49,822 nt of DNA from a virus (lineage: Duplodnaviria; Caudoviricetes), in IMG/VR virus record IMGVR_UViG_3300020409_000027, positions 1-49,822 of that record; one strand, written 5' to 3'. The position numbers were made by a program, and so were the translations under genes. Every line of letters starts with the position of its first letter. Position 1 is the first letter of the stretch. Below, in pieces: positions 16,732-24,996 of the stretch. The notes under the pieces are model-generated. The model was not told the DNA's origin. It did no database searches and saw only the letters and a program-made list of their open reading frames with translations.

Positions 16732-16789
16732 ATGCCACTTTTATTAGTGGCACATAATCACCTGTATTCACCCTAAAATCCTTTATAAT
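16732..16789 (+). promoter_or_regulatory. Early promoter cassette 9
   Basis: ATGCCACTTTTATTAGTGGCAC, 30 nt, TATAAT at 16784. Confidence 0.78.
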
Positions 16790-16824
16790 AAGGATAACAA
16801 ACAAATTAAGGCACTTTTCACATT

Positions 16825-17142
16825 ATGAGAAAAATTGAAAGACAAATGAACAACGCTATCAGAACAGGTAGAAATTTCAGTTCAGCGAACACTTCAGTTA
16901 GTCACGACAGCGAAGGTGCTAACGTTTACCTACACGGAAATCACATAGCAACAGTTAAAGATAACTCAATTTTACTATTCGATGGCGGTTGGCAATCCAA
17001 TACAACTAAGTCAAGACTAAACGCACTTTGCTATGAATTTTCATATGGTGCTAGAGTTTTTCAGAAGAATTTTGAGTGGTTCGTTGGTTACAAAAACGTA
17101 AGCGAAGATTTCGTTAACGGTTTTGAGTTAGCATTATCATAA
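16825..17142 (+). CDS. Conserved cyanophage early hypothetical protein
   Basis: MRKIERQMN...VYLHGNHIA...GGWQSNTTKSRLNAL...VFQKNFEWF. Confidence 0.8.
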   Translation: MRKIERQMNNAIRTGRNFSSANTSVSHDSEGANVYLHGNHIATVKDNSILLFDGGWQSNTTKSRLNALCYEFSYGARVFQKNFEWFVGYKNVSEDFVNGFELALS

Positions 17143-17156
17143 GGGAGGACATAAAA

Positions 17157-17315
17157 ATGAAAGGTTTAAACATTGATCTAACCAAATCGCAGTATATGAT
17201 GTTATACAACATCGTAACCGAAGCAATGCCTAAAGACTATAATCCCAATTTTGACGTAAACACCTATGACAGTTTACTAGATCAAATTTGTAACGCTAAA
17301 TCTACCTATCTATGA
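17157..17315 (+). CDS. Small hypothetical protein
   Basis: 52 aa, MKGLNIDLTKSQY..., with a GGAGG Shine-Dalgarno. Confidence 0.6.
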   Translation: MKGLNIDLTKSQYMMLYNIVTEAMPKDYNPNFDVNTYDSLLDQICNAKSTYL

Positions 17316-17431
17316 TGACTTCCAGGAAACCCGAACAATCAGCACTAAATGAGGAGATTTACAAACAACTCCTCGACCCTAGTCCCATTATACAGTATTA
17401 TTACAACATCCGACCACCTAAAAAGGAAAAC

Positions 17432-17476
17432 TTGACTAGGGATTAAATCTAATATATAATAAGAGGGATTAAATCT
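17432..17476 (+). promoter_or_regulatory. Sigma70-type promoter overlapped by a 13-bp direct repeat
   Basis: TTGACT-17-TATAAT (17432-17460). AGGGATTAAATCT occurs at 17438 and 17464. Confidence 0.65.
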
Positions 17477-17480
17477 TATT

Positions 17481-17810
17481 ATGAATCCATTTAAAAAGAT
17501 CGATGAGAATACCTATCAGGACAGCGAAGGTATTCTATATAAACCAATTCCCCATTACGAGGATTATTTTGTTTCTAATATGGGCGAAATTTATTCAACT
17601 AAGTGGGGGAAATGGAAGAAATTAAAAACCCATTTAAACGAAAACGGTTATCGAAGAGTTACTTTAAGACAAAACGGTAAAACAGTTGTTAGACGATGTG
17701 CTAGGTTAACCGCACTTGCATACCATCCGCACGGAGATATTAATCTCAACGTCATACATATAGACAAAAACAAATTAAACGACCAAAGTAATAATTTAAA
17801 ATGGAACTAA
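17481..17810 (+). CDS. NUMOD4/HNH endonuclease-like protein (short, possibly degenerate)
   Basis: YKPIPHYEDYFVSNMGEI (NUMOD4), NGY.RV.L, VIHIDKNKLND...NLKW (HNH_3). Confidence 0.75.
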   Translation: MNPFKKIDENTYQDSEGILYKPIPHYEDYFVSNMGEIYSTKWGKWKKLKTHLNENGYRRVTLRQNGKTVVRRCARLTALAYHPHGDINLNVIHIDKNKLNDQSNNLKWN

Positions 17811-17820
17811 TTCTTTATAC

Positions 17821-17925
17821 TTTTCCACAGTTTTTCCACAGGTTAAGTATATTTTACCGTATTAAATAAATGGTTAATTAAATATAGTTAACTGTTTTAT
17901 CTTTAGTCTAATTGTTTATATAAAT
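17821..17925. other. Candidate replication origin element (tandem DnaA-like boxes plus AT-rich tract)
   Basis: TTTTCCACA at 17821 and 17832, followed by a very AT-rich non-coding tract. Confidence 0.35.
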
Positions 17926-17995
17926 GTACGGAGGATTAGCAACCTTAGCAGTCTATAATAGAAAACGGATTATGTCAACTATATAACACATACCC

Positions 17996-18025
17996 TTGAC
18001 AAATTTCGAGAATCAAGGTTATAAT
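17996..18025 (+). promoter_or_regulatory. Sigma70-type promoter
   Basis: TTGACA-18-TATAAT upstream of ORF 18079. Confidence 0.6.
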
Positions 18026-18078
18026 TAGATAGTTACAATTTCGAACCCTATTTAACAACAACCCATCGCTAATTACAA

Positions 18079-18246
18079 ATGTCTCGTAGTTACAAACAGA
18101 ATGATATTCATTCCAGGAAACTAACACATAGTAAAGGCAATCACAGAGGTAAGAGAAACAAACCCCGAACAAATAAGGGAAGCAATTCTTACAACAATTC
18201 CGCAGATATTGCGGGCACTAATTATCACAAACCGTTTCAGCACTAA
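18079..18246 (+). CDS. Small basic, low-complexity protein
   Basis: MSRSYKQNDIHSRKLTHSKGNHRGKRNKPR... (55 aa), downstream of a promoter. Confidence 0.5.
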   Translation: MSRSYKQNDIHSRKLTHSKGNHRGKRNKPRTNKGSNSYNNSADIAGTNYHKPFQH

Positions 18247-18255
18247 TTGTAAACA

Positions 18256-18441
18256 ATGCCTAACAAATATAAGATCTATTGTGATCTATTAGATGAGGGA
18301 AGTTTACCCCCTAATGAACAAATAGAGTTAGCACAGTTCTTGTTAGATACTGGACTAAATGAGCAGTTGTTTCAGTATCAACAACTATGCGACTATTTTG
18401 TCCTGGAAGGTTTATGTTATGAAGTAGGATTACCTACCTAA
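18256..18441 (+). CDS. Hypothetical protein
   Basis: 61 aa, EQIELAQFLLDTG...CDYFVLEGLCY. Confidence 0.65.
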   Translation: MPNKYKIYCDLLDEGSLPPNEQIELAQFLLDTGLNEQLFQYQQLCDYFVLEGLCYEVGLPT

Positions 18442-18623
18442 AATAACATTTAGCGACTACACAGTTACTAACACATAAGCGATTAAATTGCAAGTTGCTA
18501 ATTAACACTTAGTGACATTATAATTTTTTTGTTTGTGTTAACCTACAAAAGTATAGGGACGAGTATATTATCGAAATTCACTTTTGGAGTCCCTATATAT
18601 TAAAAAAATCGCCCAGGAAAAAA

Positions 18624-19040
18624 ATGTCCCAGAAGTTGAAGAGAAAATACGAAGAAGAATATAAACAATGGGTCGGTAAAGAATGGGAGAAGACTAGAGG
18701 TGGAGGTTGCTTCACTCTTCTATATGATATGGGAAAGGAGATCGGATATCACACCTGTAAGAAAGACTATAGTTTTAGTGACAAGGAGTTCCTTAGAGAT
18801 CTGTGGGAACAGGAGGATTGGACTGCGATAAAAACAAGTGATATGGGAGAGGTTTTCGACCTTGACGACCTACAGAAGTTCGATATACTTATAATGAGAC
18901 TGGAAAAAAGACTCAATCACTGTGCTTTATACCTAGGAGATGGGTTTGTATTACACCACAAAGCGTTCTCTAAGTCAAACATAGAAGCCGTAGAAACCTA
19001 CATACCAAAGACACTGTATGTTATAAGAAAAAATGCATAG
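18624..19040 (+). CDS. NlpC/P60-family protein
   Basis: G.GCFTL (catalytic Cys), DILIM, NHCALYLGDGFVLHH. Confidence 0.75.
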   Translation: MSQKLKRKYEEEYKQWVGKEWEKTRGGGCFTLLYDMGKEIGYHTCKKDYSFSDKEFLRDLWEQEDWTAIKTSDMGEVFDLDDLQKFDILIMRLEKRLNHCALYLGDGFVLHHKAFSKSNIEAVETYIPKTLYVIRKNA

Positions 19041-19194
19041 ATTTATTACTAGGATAGAGGAGGATGACCACACAGGTGAATTATTTGTTACGTTGCCAGA
19101 ATCTTTATTGTCAGCAGCTGACTTAAACGTCGGAGATGTGGTAGAATACAGTGTAGAGAACGAAACTATCACCCTTACCAAAACCGATGAATAA
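19033..19194 (+). CDS. AbrB/MazE-like small DNA-binding protein
   Basis: GELFVTLPESLLSAADLNVGDVVEYSVENETITL fits the swapped-hairpin pattern. Not in the ORF track. Confidence 0.6.
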   Translation: MHRFITRIEEDDHTGELFVTLPESLLSAADLNVGDVVEYSVENETITLTKTDE

Positions 19195-19378
19195 CTCATT
19201 ACAAAGTTTAACTGCAGCTGAGCTCGAAATGTGTTATGATGCAGTTAGGTATTATCAAATGAATCACATAGGACCTTTTAAACACGGACCTTATGATCGT
19301 GCTAATTCCATACTTGCCAAATTACACTATGTAAAAACACCTTATGACAGATCGGAAGCAGTCGGAACAGCAGACTGA
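19187..19378 (+). CDS. Hypothetical protein
   Basis: 63 aa, YDAVRYYQ. Confidence 0.65.
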   Translation: MNNSLQSLTAAELEMCYDAVRYYQMNHIGPFKHGPYDRANSILAKLHYVKTPYDRSEAVGTAD

Positions 19379-19550
19379 GTGGACAATTACTCTTACAGCA
19401 GAGGAACGTCAACTCATTTGCAACTCAGGCGGTTGGTGTCTGTTGTACAAGGCAGAGGTCTGTGGTGGCAAACCCCTTGAAAACGTTCAGAAGACGTGGA
19501 CTTCGATCCGTACTAAACTAGGAATGCCTGAGAAGGGCTTCATAGAGTAG
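19344..19550 (+). CDS. Hypothetical protein
   Basis: 68-aa ORF in the operon. Confidence 0.55.
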   Translation: MTDRKQSEQQTEWTITLTAEERQLICNSGGWCLLYKAEVCGGKPLENVQKTWTSIRTKLGMPEKGFIE

Positions 19551-19594
19551 TAAACCCCTCTGAGACCTTACCCCCGCGAGCGTCGTAACTAACT

Positions 19595-20134
19595 ATGAGC
19601 TTTGACTTTGATATTGTAGATGAATACTTAGACGCTAAGTCTCTTTGCATACTGCAAGAAGAGATGACTAGCGATAGGTTTAACTGGAATCTAAGTACGA
19701 AGGTGGAAGATCGTGCTCTTGATATGCTATTTCCGAATATTGCTCTTTGGAATTGGCAACTGTGTAATGTAATGTATGCGAATGGGCGACCTCTAACCCC
19801 TGAGTATGACCTTATACTCCCCCTAGTGAATAGAATTGCTCCTCGTGCGTTGATACGAGTGAAAGCGAACCTAGTGCCGATTACGGAGACTAGAAAGGAG
19901 TATCAATTCCATACTGATTTGCATCCCGAAGGATTCGAAGGAGCAAAGACCTCTATATTCTATGTAAATAGTAATAACGGTTTTACATCTATAAGAGATG
20001 AGATAACTGGATTTCAAAGGGATGTAGAGTCTAGGGAAAACAGATTGCTTACTTTTCCACAGGAAGTAATGCACAGAGGTACTTCTTGTACTAATACTTC
20101 TAACCGTATCGTTATCAACCTTAACTATTTCTAA
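19595..20134 (+). CDS. 2OG-Fe(II) oxygenase-fold protein
   Basis: RVKANL, FHTD, TSIFYVNSNNG.T, ENRLLTF...HRGTSCT...RIVINLNY. Confidence 0.82.
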   Translation: MSFDFDIVDEYLDAKSLCILQEEMTSDRFNWNLSTKVEDRALDMLFPNIALWNWQLCNVMYANGRPLTPEYDLILPLVNRIAPRALIRVKANLVPITETRKEYQFHTDLHPEGFEGAKTSIFYVNSNNGFTSIRDEITGFQRDVESRENRLLTFPQEVMHRGTSCTNTSNRIVINLNYF

Positions 20135-20371
20135 ATGGGAACTGAAATGCTTGCTATCAGAGACTTGTTGCTCTCTTGTCCTCCTGTGTATACTCTACCA
20201 GGTACTTGGACTAAATGTAACGCTGTTATTCCACACTATAACGCTGACCCTAATGTGACCTTTGGGATCTCTATCCTAGTCATCCTAGTGCTACTGTCAG
20301 GTTTTGGGGTGTATAGAGCGTTCTTTAATAATGAAGGACTAACCGACCAATGGGATGATCACGATGATTAA
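20135..20371 (+). CDS. psbN: PsbN-like protein (photosystem assembly factor)
   Basis: The C-terminal half FGISILVILVLLSGFGVYRAFFNNEGLTDQWDDHDD matches the PsbN pattern (TM, G...Y.AF...L.DP(F/W)EEH.D). Confidence 0.7.
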   Translation: MGTEMLAIRDLLLSCPPVYTLPGTWTKCNAVIPHYNADPNVTFGISILVILVLLSGFGVYRAFFNNEGLTDQWDDHDD

Positions 20372-20651
20372 CTTATTACTTTTTAATGCAGGTTTCTTAA
20401 ACCTCTTATTCTATATCTTTGCAATAGGATTTGTAATCTCTTTCTTGTTGGAACAGTGGATTAAGTTCAGACCTTTATCTGTTGACGCATCAATGAATGA
20501 GAGAAATCTATACATTGTTCAAAGCAACAGAAGGTACTGTTGGAGACAGGCTTGGGTGACCAATCTGTTCTGGTTCCTATGTAACGTAGGTTTGTACATT
20601 GTATCAAGAAATATGCAGACACCTTCAGATACATTCTGGAATGGATTATGA
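20364..20651 (+). CDS. Two-TM membrane protein
   Basis: Two hydrophobic segments flanking NRRYCWRQAW. Same frame as track ORF 20355. Confidence 0.65.
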   Translation: MINLLLFNAGFLNLLFYIFAIGFVISFLLEQWIKFRPLSVDASMNERNLYIVQSNRRYCWRQAWVTNLFWFLCNVGLYIVSRNMQTPSDTFWNGL

Positions 20652-21178
20652 GATCTATGTTGCTGAAACCTTTCGGACCTAAAATACTCAGGTCTTTTTT
20701 ACCTGAGAAATATAGACAAGCTTTGTTAGCAGATGCATTTAATATGGATGATGATGCATCTCCTATCCTTGCAGGTCAGGTTAATGAGCAATTATACTTC
20801 TATCCAGAAGAAGGGATGATGACTCCCTTCAACTATGCAGTGCACGAGTATTTGGGAGAACAGAGATTACATAGTATTGAACCCTTATGGGTAAACTTTG
20901 CAGTAGCAGGTGATTGGCAACCTGTTCACAACCACGATGGTGACTTAAGTCTGGTTGCATTCTTAGATGTGCCAAAAGGTATTTACGAAGAGACAGAGAT
21001 AGCAGGTTCCTTGTTCTTTCAGTATGGAGAGAGGATACAACATAATAGGAATGTTTACGGACCTATTAAACCCCAAGTGGGAGAGTTCTATATATTTCCT
21101 AGTTGGTTAAACCATTATGTGTATCCTTTTGTCTCGTCGGGACAGAGGATCTCACTCTCAGGAAACATTTACACTTAA
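20648..21178 (+). CDS. 2OG-Fe(II) oxygenase-fold protein (HxH type)
   Basis: PFGP, LWVNF...QPVHNHDGDLS, FYIFPSWLNHYVYPF...RISLSGN. Confidence 0.85.
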   Translation: MRSMLLKPFGPKILRSFLPEKYRQALLADAFNMDDDASPILAGQVNEQLYFYPEEGMMTPFNYAVHEYLGEQRLHSIEPLWVNFAVAGDWQPVHNHDGDLSLVAFLDVPKGIYEETEIAGSLFFQYGERIQHNRNVYGPIKPQVGEFYIFPSWLNHYVYPFVSSGQRISLSGNIYT

Positions 21179-21180
21179 TT

Positions 21181-21279
21181 ATGGAACTTTTTATTATCTT
21201 TGGAGGTGCTTATGCACTCTACACAGTTGGTATGGCAATCGCTACCGAACTAGACTATCGTGCTGTAAATAAAAAATGA
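21181..21279 (+). CDS. Small membrane peptide
   Basis: MELFIIFGGAYALYTVGMAIATELDYRAVNKK, ATGA-coupled to the next gene. Confidence 0.45.
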   Translation: MELFIIFGGAYALYTVGMAIATELDYRAVNKK

Positions 21280-21563
21280 AAGACGTACCACAGTTTGAAT
21301 CTTATCAAGAAGAACTTGAATGGAGATTCGTAAAAATTGCAGAATCAATCAAATCCCTTGCTATCAAAGTAAAGACTACTGAGGGGTTCTTAAGTAAAGG
21401 TGCAAATATGATTCAGTACAAGATACCAGGTCACGATTCGTATTCTGATCTACGAGGTGTCTTTGACGATCTGTATGAGCGTCTAAATAAGATTGAAGAA
21501 GACATTGCAATAAATGGGAGCCTACCTGATAGAGACAGGTCGGAGTTATCCGAACCCGATTGA
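21276..21563 (+). CDS. Hypothetical protein
   Basis: 95 aa, YKIPG...VFDDLYERLNKIE. Confidence 0.7.
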   Translation: MKDVPQFESYQEELEWRFVKIAESIKSLAIKVKTTEGFLSKGANMIQYKIPGHDSYSDLRGVFDDLYERLNKIEEDIAINGSLPDRDRSELSEPD

Positions 21564-24500
21564 TTCACACGACTATAATAGAACCTATACTGCTGCTGAT
21601 GCACCAGAGATAGGAAATCTAGTGGTGTCGGGTTCTGACGGAGAGATGTCAGTTGATAAGAATGCGACAGGAGGTACATATTCAATTAATCCTGGTACTA
21701 GCGGACCTGGTTCCTATCAGTTTGGTAGGGATGAGGTCTATTACATTGGAACGCAGCAACAAACAGCGATTGAATATGCGTTTGCGGAGAGAAGAGAGAT
21801 ATATCGTTGGTATTCTGGTAGGAGAGGAGATCATCTGTACTATGACCAAGTAGATTTGGATGATAATGTTCCTATGAATCCTGCAAGGTATAATAAGGAA
21901 CCACGTAACGGAAGAGAAGTCTTCCTATTGTCAAAAGATAGTCATACTGGTAACACTGCTGTTTACTTACACTACGATGCTGCAAATTTTAACTCATACC
22001 TATCCTCGTCGTCTACAGGTGCGGTAAGGGAACTTGGGTACATTTGGACAAGTCAGGCGGCTGCTACCACGGCTGGTGTTGTTCACCCTACAGAAGACCT
22101 ACTACCTTTGTATCATTACCGCAGAGCCGACCCTGTAGACGACCTCTATACTACAGATCCTACAAAGGAAGTCAATTTACAAACAGATGTGGCAGGTGTA
22201 CCTAACACCCCTAATCCACTAAATCAAGATTATCAGTATCAGGGAATATATGGATATGTGTTCAATCGTACTGCTCCACGCTATAGAAATCAATATGTTG
22301 ACGTAGGTAAACCTATAAACACAGGTGAGGTGAATAGATCTAACTGGTATAACTGGACAGGAGGGTTCTCTGAGCTCCAATATAACGCACAATCACCTCC
22401 TGCAAGCACTTTAGGTTGGGGAAATCCAGATAATGTCGAAATAAATGACGATAAAGCTAATTTTGAGTGGTTTTATGGCAAAAATGGTGCTGTAAAAGCC
22501 TGTTTACCCCGATTTTTGGGTTTTCACGACGCTTTTGAGGGTCAATTCGTCTATTATCTGTATGATACGACATTTCCGTTCTCAGGACCGATATATGGCA
22601 TTAATTTAATTACAACTGATGCTCCTTGTAACCCATCAACTGCTGATTGTCCTCACGATCCGCATACAACATACCATTCTTACTACTATGAGATGCGTGA
22701 AGACGCTTGGGCTACCAAAAAGACCCATATTTCAGTGGATGCACCCAATTCTGGTGGTTTACCTGAGTCATTCTGGGCTGTAGGAACTGATGACCTGATG
22801 GTATTCTTTAGATATACCACAGAGACAGGCTTCTATACACCTGGTGAAACGATAAATGGGTGGTTGATACAGTCAGTGCGATATTTTGGTGATGAATTGC
22901 GTTGTGGATATATGAGATTGCAAACTATAAATGGTGTGAAGGGTAGTGTATTCACATATCAGAGCACATATACTTCTACAAACGGTGGAACTGCTTCAAT
23001 ATTGGCAGGTTATGGTATTCCAGATAAGGCAGCATTCTTTGGTGTGTATGAATTTCCAAAGAAATTGTCATATTATAAGGCAGAAATTGATAATGATGCT
23101 CTAATTCCACAAAGAAACTTTGATGAAGCGGTCTTACAAGCATATATTAATGAAAAAGGAGAGATTGAAGAGATAGAAATTATCAATGCGGGCAAGGATT
23201 ATAAAGATCCTGAGATTATTATCTCTATTCCAGACATTAGAAGAGTGGAAGGGTTCACTGATACTGCTGCAAACATCCCAGAAATGTTTACAGATGGTAT
23301 TTCTGGTGAACCACAGCTGAATTTTCAGACTACAGAGGACTTTGAGCAGTCAAATAAGGCAGGTAGGAAGGTAGCAAAGTATATTGAGAAGCAAAAATTC
23401 GAAACTGACGCAGGTTATACCAAAAATGTAAAGCAAGCAAAGGCATCTATTATACTAAATGAGGAAGGTTGTATCAAAAATGTGACAATATTGGATCCTG
23501 GTGCGGGTTATCAACCAGGTGAGGAGGTTGGAGTCCGTATTGTAGAGCGTGATAAGGAATCTAGGGAGGATACATTCATTGGAGGAGACACAGAAGAGGG
23601 TGCAGGTGTACCTGGAATGCAGAGTGCAATAGAAGAAACCCTCGATAATGAGGATACACCGAAGGAAGTCAGAGATGCAATGCAAGATCCACTCCGTATT
23701 ATGAAGGAAGGATTCAAATCTATTGATACTTCTATACAAACAGACTATGTAACTGGGTATATTGGTGTAGCAGATCTTGAAAAAGACGAGAAAACTAAGT
23801 TCTGTGACAAGATTCCGTCAGAATGTTTGTCACCTGATATGGGTAAGAACTGGTATAGGATGGGAAATATCTTAGATCCAAGCACATATGCTAACGGAGT
23901 GAGTTCATCACCTGGTGGAACACCTATGGCAAACGAACTAAACAAGTTTTTAAGTCCTACGATAAGCAATAATGCTGCACATTCCAACTATTTGGAAGAA
24001 AAAACTTCAAATGGTCTGCCAGGTATGTTTGGTGGTGCTTGTTTAGAGACATTCCAAGCAAAATTATATGGTGTAAAGAGATTTTTTGATGTACCTTGCC
24101 CTACTGCTGGATATGATCAGTATGGTAAGTACAAAACTTACGGATTTATCCCATACAAATATTGCGGAAGTAAGGAAGAGTTTGCTCAAGTACGTGTTTC
24201 TATTAGTGTAGAGGGTGATGTATCTAAAAAAGGTGAAGCAGTTAACCAAGCATTCCTTGATTGGTTGGAATCTCTACCAAAACCCACTCTTACTAGACCA
24301 AGACCTGTAGAAGATGGTAGTGGAAATGATAAGACAGGCAACTCACACGCTTGTAATCGTGGTGGTAACTTGGAAGGTCGCTGTTTTGCTAATGGAGATG
24401 GTACATATAGTTTCGTTCCTGAAGCAGGTGATGAGAATACATTTGACTTCTATGGATCAGAACTAGAGAAGTTAGCTACGTGGGTAGGTCCGAACAACTA

Positions 24501-24996
24501 TTCCAGTTACGGAAGTGGCACAGTGGTCATTACAGACACGATGTTGAACCCTCCGAATAACACGTACACGCACACCTATAACACAATACAGTTTGCTTCG
24601 TGTACAAATGGCAAGTTTCCTAATCCGTGCTGGCACAATTTCATAGCTGATGGCGTACTTAATGTTTACAGTGGATATGATAACAACGGTAATGGGCTCG
24701 CGTCTGATGACATATGTACAGGTCAACCATTCTCAAACCCATCCACGTGGGTGCAGAGTAGTACATTGAACCAATATGGTCAGTGTGCTGCATTGCAGAA
24801 CATTGTTCACTCTACTGTGGCATTTGATACAGGTAAAACCAACGAAGATAACCCATACATATCATTAGGACCTTTTAATGGTAATATGCATTGGGCAAAT
24901 TACTTGCCAGGTGCAACTCACCTATTAACTCAGTCATTGAAGAGATATGGTAATCCGTATTTCGATGAATGCGACATAATTGAACCAGAACAGTAA
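21514..24996 (+). CDS. Large virion structural protein (baseplate/tail-associated)
   Basis: 1160 aa, Gly/Tyr/Asn/Cys-rich, with I.N.G..Y repeats shared with gp7. CTAAATA (late-promoter-like) at 21483. Lies upstream of PAAR-gp25-gp6. Confidence 0.75.
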   Translation: MGAYLIETGRSYPNPIDSHDYNRTYTAADAPEIGNLVVSGSDGEMSVDKNATGGTYSINPGTSGPGSYQFGRDEVYYIGTQQQTAIEYAFAERREIYRWYSGRRGDHLYYDQVDLDDNVPMNPARYNKEPRNGREVFLLSKDSHTGNTAVYLHYDAANFNSYLSSSSTGAVRELGYIWTSQAAATTAGVVHPTEDLLPLYHYRRADPVDDLYTTDPTKEVNLQTDVAGVPNTPNPLNQDYQYQGIYGYVFNRTAPRYRNQYVDVGKPINTGEVNRSNWYNWTGGFSELQYNAQSPPASTLGWGNPDNVEINDDKANFEWFYGKNGAVKACLPRFLGFHDAFEGQFVYYLYDTTFPFSGPIYGINLITTDAPCNPSTADCPHDPHTTYHSYYYEMREDAWATKKTHISVDAPNSGGLPESFWAVGTDDLMVFFRYTTETGFYTPGETINGWLIQSVRYFGDELRCGYMRLQTINGVKGSVFTYQSTYTSTNGGTASILAGYGIPDKAAFFGVYEFPKKLSYYKAEIDNDALIPQRNFDEAVLQAYINEKGEIEEIEIINAGKDYKDPEIIISIPDIRRVEGFTDTAANIPEMFTDGISGEPQLNFQTTEDFEQSNKAGRKVAKYIEKQKFETDAGYTKNVKQAKASIILNEEGCIKNVTILDPGAGYQPGEEVGVRIVERDKESREDTFIGGDTEEGAGVPGMQSAIEETLDNEDTPKEVRDAMQDPLRIMKEGFKSIDTSIQTDYVTGYIGVADLEKDEKTKFCDKIPSECLSPDMGKNWYRMGNILDPSTYANGVSSSPGGTPMANELNKFLSPTISNNAAHSNYLEEKTSNGLPGMFGGACLETFQAKLYGVKRFFDVPCPTAGYDQYGKYKTYGFIPYKYCGSKEEFAQVRVSISVEGDVSKKGEAVNQAFLDWLESLPKPTLTRPRPVEDGSGNDKTGNSHACNRGGNLEGRCFANGDGTYSFVPEAGDENTFDFYGSELEKLATWVGPNNYSSYGSGTVVITDTMLNPPNNTYTHTYNTIQFASCTNGKFPNPCWHNFIADGVLNVYSGYDNNGNGLASDDICTGQPFSNPSTWVQSSTLNQYGQCAALQNIVHSTVAFDTGKTNEDNPYISLGPFNGNMHWANYLPGATHLLTQSLKRYGNPYFDECDIIEPEQ

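Noticed and set aside
7900-16789. Repeated 22-bp palindrome as a CRISPR array or integron attC sites
   Set aside because: The copies are degenerate, separated by 0.3-2.4 kb of genes and tied to -10 boxes. No cas or integrase gene is present in the window.
17312-17446. 44-aa ORF MMTSRKPEQ...
   Set aside because: No motif, and it runs into the next promoter. Possible but unsupported.
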